Shown piece by piece: positions 13,401 to 24,400 of a DNA stretch of 64,000 nt (positions within the stretch are counted from its first letter, which is position 1; every line of letters starts with the position of its first letter). Below the pieces are notes generated by a model. The model ran no database searches and was not told the DNA's origin. It saw only the letters and a program-made list of their open reading frames with translations. Source of the stretch: Asterias rubens. Taxonomy: Eukaryota. A program made the translations under genes and the position numbers. The stretch is from positions 18,476,001 to 18,540,000 of the forward strand of contig NC_047066.1 in NCBI RefSeq assembly GCF_902459465.1. The letters are read 5' to 3'.

Positions 13401-15370
13401 GACTGCAGTGGTAGGTAGCGCTTCGCTACGTCTTTCAGTGGAGACACTTGTGCGATGAGCAAACTGCAACACTTGTTATGTTAGTACCTTGCGTAAAATG
13501 AAACCCTAACACAGAAACACCGTGTCCTCATGAAACGAGAGTTACGTACCCATACACACCGTGCATACACTGTCATCAGATGAGTGTCGTGACTGTGTGT
13601 GATACCCTGTATTTAAGGCTACCGGCTTGCCGATCGACCTGACACGTTTACAATGTCCTTCAGGGGGATTGTGCTCCCCCTATTCATCAAACAAAAGTCG
13701 AACTCAGCATTACTAACCATCCATCCGTAAACATTCTGGTCTCACGTGTGAGAAAAATCCAAGCTCTCATCGTACTGCGGTGTTCATGAGGAAATGATTG
13801 CACTGCAAAAAATGTGTACACACACAGAGAGCTCGAGGAGGAAGCTTGATATAGATGTTAGCGGAGATTATGTTAACGCCCTCTGTTGACAGATCGGAGC
13901 TTTCCGATCCGCACCGGATGTTAGCCGTGGAATATTTTTTAGATGCTTTTCCTGTGTATTTATTGTTTTTTGTGTGTTAATGTCTAGTTATTTTATTGCT
14001 GTGTGATATCACTGTATACTTAATAGGCTTTAACGAGTTCTGTCTGTGAACTTTTGCAATTCTAGAGCAGTGTCAAAGACCATTTGTTTTTTTACAATTA
14101 TTATATTTTTTTAAACCAACCTTGCGTGCAATGGCATTAGTCACAAACATGGATTCGTTTCGATTTGTTCTGATTGCGAAGCCAATGATTCTCAGATCAG
14201 AGAACTTATAGCGAACTTTTTAAATCACTTTTTTTTCACTTCAGAGGAAATTTATTCTCACTTTTCTTACTGAAAAATAACCGACCAAACGATCAGCTAA
14301 CTTTGTGGCTTGAGTGTGTCTTCTTGTTATGATAGAGAGTGACAGTTTATCAATAGCCTAATCTAATTGGACTCTTGAGCGCGTCACAGGCCAGCTGCAC
14401 ACCCGTAGTTTGGGCTGAGTGGCCGGTAGTAGTACACCGACCGGCGCCGGCCAATGCTAGTGGCGTACCGCGGACTGTGAACCACAGATACACCCAAAAC
14501 TTGACGGCGGATTTATAAAGGATGCATTTATCAGTTCTCACAGGACATATGACCAGGTGACTCATCAAGGAACGGTTGTGGCCGATTCCCTTTTTTTTGT
14601 GACCATCAGAAGGTTTGAAACTAACTGCCCATAACGCAGAGGTCTCAAAGGGGTTGGGTTTTGTGAGTGTTTCATGGGATAACCCATGATGCAGGATAGC
14701 CCATGCAGGAAGTATAGTTTCATGGAGGTAGAAGTAGGTTGGACCACCAAATACCACTTGGACTTGGAGAGGTTCTGAAATATAGCCTATAATATTTTAC
14801 TCAATCCAACTGTGTGTAATGGGTCACAGAACTTCACTGTCTGGGTTATTTATACGTACCTCTGTTATTAATACTTGACCTTTTAATAACTTTAGTCAAG
14901 TGAAGTTGGGTCATTAATTGACAAAAAGATCAGAGCTGTCAATCATACAGACGACGACGTAATCACGAGCCAGTTGCCGAGGCCTGGTTCTTGATAATTT
15001 ACCTCGACTTCGTCTCGGTAAAATTATCAAGAACCAGGCGTCGTTGTGATTAAACCACTATAGTTGAAAACCTCTTCACCACACATTGATTCCCTTAGTA
15101 TTAATAAGGCGAGGCCATTAACGGAAACCAGGAGCCCAAAAATTGAAAGCATTGTGATCTGTTTTTATTTTTCAACATCAAAAGTGTACTAAATCACACT
15201 TGTTGGTGGACATGCATTGTCTTTTTGTTTGTTTTGTTTGACAGGAATCATAACAAAATTCAATTTTCGTATGTTTTTTTTTTCTTGCAGACCCGTCGAG
15301 GCAATCAACCAAGAAAAATCAAACCTAAAACTGCCTCACGTCGTGCAAGTGACACTAGTGGCTGGCTGCC

Positions 15371-15524
15371 ATAGACCTTTTCGCAAATACCGGGGCGCGC
15401 GCGTAAAGCTTGGAATTAGGTGCATTGTGGTCTAGCTGGTATCCAAATTTGATCCATATATATCCCACAATGCACCTCATTCAACAGTCTGCGCTTGCGC
15501 ATTGGTATTTGCGATAAGGTCTAT
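15371..15524. mobile_element. MITE with ATAGACC...GGTCTAT termini
   Basis: ATAGACCTTTTCGCAAATACC...GGTATTTGCGATAAGGTCTAT. A second family with the same terminal heptamer lies at about 21013-21207 (ATAGACCGATCCA...TGGATCGGTCTAT). Confidence 0.6.
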
Positions 15525-15923
15525 GGAGGTGATACACAAGGCAACTCAAACAGGTGAGTTCGGGCATTGCGGTCGCGCTCTGCAACTTCCGTGTGGGGCG
15601 AAAACGGCATTCTGCGCAGCGTACACTTTATAGTGCGACCTCATGATCTAGGATGTACCGGTACTTAAATTGCCCGGATATGATTTTCAATTTAGAAGTC
15701 CAACAAAAGAGGTCTTTGGATTACAGTGTGGCAAGGAAACAAAAGCCAGACTGTCTCAATTACCATGAAGTTCCTCCGAATCAAAGAAACAAAGGATGCG
15801 GTCTGGATAAAGCCAATGAATGTGACTTGATGGGCTAAGTTCAACGGCCGGTGTGACTGGAAATTGTGTTCCCCAGAGAGCCCCCCCCAAAAAAAAACCC
15901 CGCCCACCAAAGTGGTGAACTAA

Positions 15924-16073
15924 GGGTGCGTTCGTTTAGCTTCCCTGGGTCGACCCCGGTGTGTGGCGGTTTTTTTCCCAGGGCGAACGTGGGTAATTAT
16001 CTAAACACGTTCGTCCTGGAAAAAAAATCGCCACAAACCGGGGTCGACCCAGGGAAGCTAAACGAACGCACCC
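15924..16073. mobile_element. PIF/Harbinger-like (Tourist-type) MITE
   Basis: TAA|GGGTGCGTTCGTTTAGCTTCCCTGGGTCGACCCC...GGGGTCGACCCAGGGAAGCTAAACGAACGCACCC|TAA, a 3-bp TAA TSD. A longer, degenerate copy lies at about 25790-26035. Confidence 0.8.
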
Positions 16074-18447
16074 TAAGTAAAAACTTATTCTGATAGCGCC
16101 CTCTTTTTAATCATACTCCTTCAGCCTGAGTTTCCTGTGGGGACACTGGGTAAACATTCTGAGCGGCTGCCTCTGAAGAAACGTTTAGTTTTTGAGAAAA
16201 TAATTTGATGTTTTATTTCGAGACCTCAGATTTAGAATTTGAAGTCTCGAAATCAAGCATCTAAAAGCACACAACTTAGTGTGACAAGGGTGTTTTTTTT
16301 TTTCATTATTATCTCGCAACTTCAACGACCAATCGAGCTCAAATTTTCACTCTCAGGTTTGTTGTTTAGTGCATAATAGTGAAATACACCAAGTGAGAAG
16401 ACTGGTCTTTGACATTTTTAACAAAGGTGTCCAGTGTCTTTAACTCACGTTGGTGACAATACGCGACCAGACAGAGCGGATAACTTAATTAATTGAGTAA
16501 AATCGAGTCCATAATAAACTTTGAGTGAACTTTAGATGATTTGTTTAGCTCCATTGGGAATTCTGTCTGTGATCCAGTGGGTATTATTACTATAAGTTGT
16601 CATTTCCCGCCGTGAATTGGCTGCAGGTGTTTGCTCCTGCCGCAAAGCTCACATTAAAACATGCAATAATGCAGTTTACTATTAGTCAGTGTGTAGTTTA
16701 CATCAAAGTTAATGTTAAGTGGTTCCTAATTCTTCTATCAGGAAATAATAAGATTGACTCAACACCATAAAGTTAACCATGTTGTTTTTGCAGCCTCGGG
16801 TTTCCGATGTTTTTTTTCCTGATCCAAGTCAAAACGGCCCGGGCAGAATTGTGAAAATTAAACTTTATTAAACTGTATGCATTCTTGGCAAATTCAGTCC
16901 CGAAATGAGAGAATCACCTAATGGGTTTTGAAATGCCACTTCACATTATTAATGTTTGTGCTCACTGAAAAACCTTGTTGGAATTAGTGAGTTTTATAGG
17001 CCTATTACAGAATGTTTCTATAATTTTTCACTTCAATTCCAAATGTACATTCCCTACTTCATGAAAACAGTACATTAAAAACAAAATTTTACAAAGGAGT
17101 AATCCCCGTGCAAGTCCATACATGTTTTAATTAATCAGCCAGCCAGTGTTTTGCTGTTACTGAAAACAAAGGTTCGGGTTGTACCACCCCCAAGAGTGTG
17201 GTCTAATAAGAAAGAGTTTTGGAAAGAAAACACATTCATCACATGGGTCTGTTAGTGTGATCCGCAATACACTTACTAATCTACATAATATGGCCCACTC
17301 ATATCAAAACGTGTTGATTTCGAGGAAGAATTTGTTAGGCTTTTGGATAGACGGACTCGCCATAAAGGTAGGCATACGACTAGAGCCCACTGCCTTTCAG
17401 TTGCCACCACTCAACCACGCCCTTTTGATGCTGCAGTATGGCGTACGAAATTTGTATCACATGTGCCCCGCCTCAAACCATCCCCCATAAATGTAGTCTA
17501 CTTCAAATTACACGCTTACAAACTATTTTGACAGATTGAAAATTGAACTCTGAAAAGTGAAGGGAAACTCGGCCGGGTCAATCGCTCTTGGCCGGAGAAT
17601 GGGACACTTCTCGATGAAGCAGGATTCATTAAAGGAAACGTTGCCTTGGATCGGTCGAGTTGGTCTTTGAAAAGCGTTTGGGACCGTTTGTTATAAAATG
17701 CATATGATTAGAAAGATCATTTAAAAGTAGAATATAATGATCCACACAAGTATCACTCGAAATTGCGTGGTTTTCCTTTTACCTCGCCGACTAACACTGT
17801 CGGCCATAATATGGGAGTCAAATTTTTGACTCCCATGAATGGCCGACAGTGTTAGTTCGCAAAGTAAAAGGCAAACCACGCAATTTCGAGGCAAATTTGT
17901 GTGGATCAATGTATTCTACTTTTAAATCATCTTTCTAACCATATGCATTTTATAACAAACGGTTACAAACAACCAACTCGACCGATCCAAGGCAACGTGT
18001 TCCTTTAAACCCAACTATAGTAGGGAGGCCCAATTGCAGTCACCGCAGTTCAGTGACCGAGTGCAGAGTGACAACGTGCTGGTGGTTGCTGTCCATTACT
18101 TTTCTTATTACGGCGCTCAATTACATGTCATCATTGAAGGTGCAATAGCATTAGGTGTTCAATTTCATGATTGGAGTCTATTTTTTTGCCCTTTTGCTAT
18201 ATTTTTCACTTCGTTGGTTTCCAAATTTATGTGAATTTTTGACAATTTGTAGCGGATTGAACGTTTTGCGGCGTCCGGGTTTCAGACTATAGTACCAATG
18301 CGAAGCATGTCAAAATAGACTGGTGACCTCCCTTACTGTCCTGCTGCCAGTGAATGGTCGACAAAAATCACAGGCTAGAAATCGAAAGAAACAGTTTGGA
18401 GGAAAGTGTAAAGAAGTTGTGTTGTCACTCAAGTTTAGTGAGAAATC

Positions 18448-21400
18448 ATGTCCTGTCAAGAATCACAAGAGGTAAGTTGGGACGTTTCTTCTTTCAATTA
18501 TTGTATTTGTGGTTAATTTTCAATTAAAATTTCTGAATTTACCAGTATTTGCACTCTTCACCTTCACTTCACTTCAGTCCACTCGACTTCAGTTCTTTTT
18601 TATCTTAAATTTATTTTCAATAAAAATTAGGCCAATGTTATAATACTATACTAACTATTAATATTATTATTGTGTTATTTTTTTGTAAATCTTTTTATTC
18701 TACTTTTGATTTATGTTTATTCACAGAGGTTTACTTTACAGTTACACATTAATTTATGATCAAAATTATTTGCTAGCCATGTTATGAAAATATGATGTTA
18801 TTGAATGTCAGATGTCCATGTGTCCCACCCATCCATGGTGATAGTTAGTCATTAGTGAACCTACATTTTAAAATGTTCTTTGTTTAGCACTGCAGTCTGT
18901 TTAGAAAGGATAGTTTTGCCTTCTTGTTTTTATGCCGGCGTAGGCATGATAGGAATGTCCGACAACTCTGCAGACAAATTGACGATTGAGACAACACAAT
19001 GAATGAGTTGTCTGAACTTCAATCCATAGTATTCTTTATTCTGTTTTTGATGCACATTTGTTGCATTTAACAAAACAAATTAACAAAAACTCATTTTGTG
19101 CACCACCATTATGATAAGCCAGAGTTAGTTTAATATGCAGTTTGTTTTTGTTTTCAGGAGGAGAAGGAAGTTCTTCTCTCCATATACGATGGAGATGAAT
19201 GTTTCAAATTAATAGACTCTACGTGTCAATACAGGGTAAGTTCTTCTTCGTCTTCCGTGTAAGTACAGACTCAATCACATGAGCAAAAGCATACTGCGTT
19301 GGCATGCGTGCGTTGGCTCGCAAATGACGAGACATGATAGCAAGAGCAGTTATTTATAGTGCGGTTAAAAAGTGAAAAACATGATGGGTGCAGCTACTTC
19401 AGCCGGTTAACCCTCAGAGCTGCCTTAAAGACCCTGGACACTATTGGTAATTGTCAAAGACCTCACATGGTGTATCTCGACAAATGCATTAAATAACAAA
19501 CCTGTGAAAATTTGAGCTGAACTGGTCGTTGAAGTTGCGAGATAATAATGAAAGAAAAAAAATGCCTTACATGAAGTCGTGTACTTTCAGATGCTTGATT
19601 CGAGATCTCAAATTCTATTAATCTGCGGTCTCGAAATCAAATTCGCAAAAAAATTACTTCTTTCTCGAAAACTGCGTCACTTCAGAGGGAGCCGTTTCTT
19701 ACAATTTGTTATACTATCAACCTCTCCCCATTACTCGCTACTAAGTAAGGTTTTATGCTAATAATTATTTTGAGTAATTACCAATAGTGTCCACTACCTT
19801 TAAAGGTGTTGAGGGATGAGTACAAGGCTGGATCCTTCTGTAGATTGTTCCAATCCCTGATGGTGCGGGGTAAGAAGGAGTTTGTGTACACTGACGAGCT
19901 GGTTTGTGGGATCATAAAGCGAGAGCTGTGACCCCTAGTTATAGATGATAGAGCTAGAGGTATTAACACGCTCCACAGATAGGATAGCAGGCCTCGGCTC
20001 AATTATACCATGGAGGAAGGAACCCATGATTAAAGGAGCCAAGATTGATCTTAAAGGACATTACAGAAGTGGTTTTTGCTAACAAAACGGTAATCCACCA
20101 TATATGTACATTAACTGACAAACCTGTAGAAGTTGGAGATCGATCGGCCATCTGGGTCACGAGAGAATAGTGAAAAACCGATTTTGCATTGCATCAATGA
20201 CATACAAAGAGAACGAAACGCTCACTGAGCGATTAACTCCAAACGTGAAATTAGATTATTTATTTCTCAACAAATATGAAATTTCAAACAAATTATTATT
20301 TCAGGGGATGATTTCTACTATCATCATCATTAGACCATGTAAGTTTTATGTAAATCTGTGATCTTCACGATTTTTTATTCTTACCGTTCCTTTAAGACAA
20401 GTTTGGGCTTGGTTGGAGTAATATTTTCATTGTGTGTTTTTTTCTTCCCCAGGTAGGAGATGAGGGTCATTTTAAGTCATTTATGCTGGAGATCAAATGG
20501 GGAGATAATTATCCAGAAGAATTTCCTGAAATCAGCTTAAATACATTCTACAATAATCACTTGTGAGTACGCACCTGTTTAAGAACACATTTTCAGACTA
20601 GTCTTATCTCTATATAGGACGCGTTACTCGACCTAACTTAGGACTAGCCGTACGTTTTTCATATCTCCTAAGACTAGTCCTAAGATAGGACTAGTCCTAA
20701 CTCTTTGTGAAATCAACCCCTGGACTATTTTAATCATCGGGAGAAAAATTTGTTAGTTTGTATCTTAAAGATAATCATCAGTACAGATCCTAAAGCATCT
20801 AGGCGTATAACCCAGTGGGCAAGGGAGGCAACTGCCGACCAAATTTTATGCAAAGAGAAAAGAAAATGGACAGAGAAAGCAAACTTTACCTATAGTATTG
20901 TTATCAATATTGGTGTTTTAATCTGCTTTAAATTTCTGCCCCTTTAAACCAAAGAGGCCCAAAATGCCCATTTCATCAAGGGAGAATACCGATCTTTAAT
21001 TACAAATTCCCCAATAGACCGATCCAGTAGGCTCCGCCCAAGACACACGTGTGAGCAAGAACGCGTGGAGACCTACAATGCCTTTCTGCACAACTCTGCC
21101 GCTCGCACCAAGATACGCGCAGGCATGTCAGATCTTATTTGTCAGACCTTCGTTGCGTTGTGATTGGTCAGTACGCAATGGGGCGGAGCTTAGTGGATCG
21201 GTCTATTAAGGATTGCATCTTTTGACTAAAGTTGTCTTATGTTTTAATCATCCTTCTACTGTTTCTTAATACAGACAGGATGATATACGAAGTAGTGTGG
21301 TCGAGAAGGTCAAGGCAGAGGTAGGTAGACTGAGCCGGCATGTTATTGTCTGACTGTATATTTATCCTGCTTCACCATATTTCAGTGGGCAAGGGAGTGC

Positions 21401-24400
21401 TTGGTGGGGCCCATCTCCTCTCCAAGCTTCAGTGGCTTTATACAGAGTTGTAGCTAGACAAATTTTAGGAGTTGGCAATAAATAATTTTTGTTCGAAGTC
21501 CACCAAGGGCGAGCGAATCAACAAAGTTATTCATGTTTAAAGATGGGGTCATCATTGCTGAAGTGCAAGCTTATTAAGGCATGATGCAAGGTTTCCAAAC
21601 TGCTCATGTTATTGGCCATGCAATAAGTTGAATGGCCTTTGACTGTGTTCTTTCTCTGTACATTTGATACTTCTTATCATTAGCTGTGTCTCAGATCATT
21701 GCACAATAGACAATATTTTTGATTTATTTTAAGGGGAACTCTGTGCTGGGCAGCACAGTGTGTTTTGCTCAGAGTGCTGGGCAAAAACTGTGAGTCCTGG
21801 GTAGGCCTGCACAGCACCACCCACCAGGGCCCTATTTTATGGCTCTGCTTACCGTAAGCACAGAATCGGCGCTTACGGAAGCAGGGAATTCTGTGCTAAC
21901 GGCAAGCGAATTTGGGCTTCTGCGCGTGCGTACTCCACGTTACTAGGCATTCTACACTTACAAGGCTAGCGCAGAAATTCGGCGCTTGCACGTGAGCGGG
22001 GAATCGTGATCGTAAGCGCAGAATACGGCGGTTAGCAGAGCCATGAAATTGGGCCCAGGGCTACAACACTGTCTGTGTATTAGAGTAGCCTCATCGTGGA
22101 TAAGTTGCGGCCCATAGCTAACAAGTCCCATCTGCCTGGGTTTGAGATCAGAGTTTCCCTTCGCTAGGGTGGGCTGCCTCCTATGGATTACTAGCCCTAC
22201 CTGCCCAGAGCAATCTGGTTTTAAGTCACCAAAAACTCGCCCGTACATCTCTGCCATCAGTATTAAAAACAGTGAGAAGCCAAGCAGTAGGCCTTCGCTT
22301 AGGAGAGACTATTTGAGACGCTGGCATATAGGAGTGGCTTAGTTCTCTATATCACCCCACCCATTCTAAACTTTGATTTCCAGTATAGCAGTTTCAGCAA
22401 TTAGAGTCGCCATACCACTGATCTATTGTTATCAAAAAAGTTTCCTACTTGTATATTACCACTGAAGTATCTGATCTTATCAATAAAGTTTCCAACTTAT
22501 ATGCTAATTTTCCAACTCGTTTCTGATCAAAACCCTCCTTTTCTTTCAACAGGCAGAACAGTGGCTTGGGTGTGCAATGACCTACACATTATTTGAGTGG
22601 GCAAAGGAAAATGCTGAGGATCTAATGGCAGAACAAACAGAAGCTCAAATGACTGTTCGAGTAAGTGCAGCTTCCCGAAATTGTCATGGATCATTCGCCA
22701 AATTTTAGTTTATGGCCAACTTCTGAAGAATATTCTTTTTTATTTATAAGTTATACACCTCCATATTACAAGCGCCAATAACAGGATGAATGGGAAACAA
22801 GAATAAAATAGTTTTAGATGTGGAAGGAAAACCCCAAATGGGGAAAACCCCCCCGCAACTGAAAACCACATCCACATTCAAGGCTCCAGTCTGAGGTGGG
22901 ATTTGAACCAGGGATCACAGAGGGGAAAGGCATGTAAAGAAACCACTTAGCCAACCTGATCCAACTTAAGTATTAACCTTGATTCGCTATTCCTATTGGT
23001 GGAGAGCGCGTCACGTGGGTGTGTATAAACCTTTGTTTATGACCAGTAAAAAGTGTTGAAACATGGGCGTGACACGCGAGTTTGCACCTGTGCTTATAAG
23101 ACAGTTTCTTCATTCCTGTTGGTCGAGAGCAACGGCCGGGACAGTTGTGCTACATCACGCGATACGCGCGACGCGCACATCATTCCCTTATAAGGAGTTG
23201 TTTACCCGAGGGCGACGGAGGGCCTTACCATTTCATAGCTGGAGGGGTGTTGTGTTGAAAAAATGTGACCAAAAGTGTTGATGTTTTTTGAGCGAAAAGG
23301 TATTTATGAGTGGGGATCAAAGTGTGTTGAATCGGTATTCAACTAGTGGTTTAAACACGCCGAGGCCTGGTCCTTGATAATTTACCTCGACTTTGTCTCG
23401 GTAAAATTATCAAGAACCAGGCCTCGTTAGGATTAAACCACTAGGTGAAAACCTCTTCACCACACATTGATTCCCTTGTTAGATTTTGTCTGTATACGGT
23501 ACTTGTAGACCTAAGTCTATGCGATTGTAACAATTTAGCATCATGATGAATAGTTGGAACAATGCCAGCAACATTATCCTGGTGTGCTGTAAGGTCTCAT
23601 TGATCATTCTTTAAAGACATTGGACACTTTTGGTAATTGTCAAAGACTAGTCTTCACATTTGATGTATCTCAACATATGCATAAAATAACAAACCTGTGA
23701 AAATTTGAGCCCAATAGATCGTCGAAGTTGCGAGAGATTAATGAAAGAAAAAACACCCTTGTCGCACCATGGTCACACAAAGTTGTGTGTTTTCAGATGC
23801 TTGATTTCGAGAACTCAAATTCTAAATTTGAGGTCTCGAAATCAAATTTGTGGAAAATTACTTCCTTCCCCAAAACTACGTCACTTCAGAGGGAGCTGTT
23901 TCTCACAATGTTTTATACTATCAACGTCTCCCCATTACTTGTAATCAAGAAAGGTTTTATGATAATAATTATTTTGAGTAATTACCAATAGTGTCCACTG
24001 CCTTTAATATTGGGTTATTATTAAAATAATTTTTTTTTTTCCTGGAACAGAGTTCCAGTAATACAGAACAAGCTGTGGCAAAAACGAAAGAGAAAAAGGA
24101 ACAGCTGACAAAGGCGCAGAAACGAAAAATTGCTAATAGAACAGGTAGGCTTTTACTGTTTCTTACACTCTTCTTGAGAGGTATGTTACAAGGTGCTCTG
24201 GCACAATATGCTGCCAATCAAAGCAGGAACACCTGGGCGAACCCCTTCTCTTTTTGATGAGTGCACTGGGTTCTTTTAGGTCCATTGCACAACACACAGG
24301 ATCAGTGGCTTGAAGCAGTCATAATGGTTAAAGGAACATGTTGCCTTGGATCGGTCGAGTTTGTCTTTGAAAAGCGTTTGTAACCGTTTGTTATAAAATG

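Noticed and set aside
13401-13472. Longer GXYLT N-terminus from TTG
   Set aside because: Non-ATG start that crosses a probable splice acceptor. The ATG at 13400 places the membrane anchor correctly.
14350-14757. 135-aa minus-strand ORF with CPVRT, and YYYRPL in another frame, faintly reminiscent of Crypton-type recombinase fragments
   Set aside because: The motif resemblance is too short and no catalytic residues are identifiable. It would need an HMM or TBLASTX hit.
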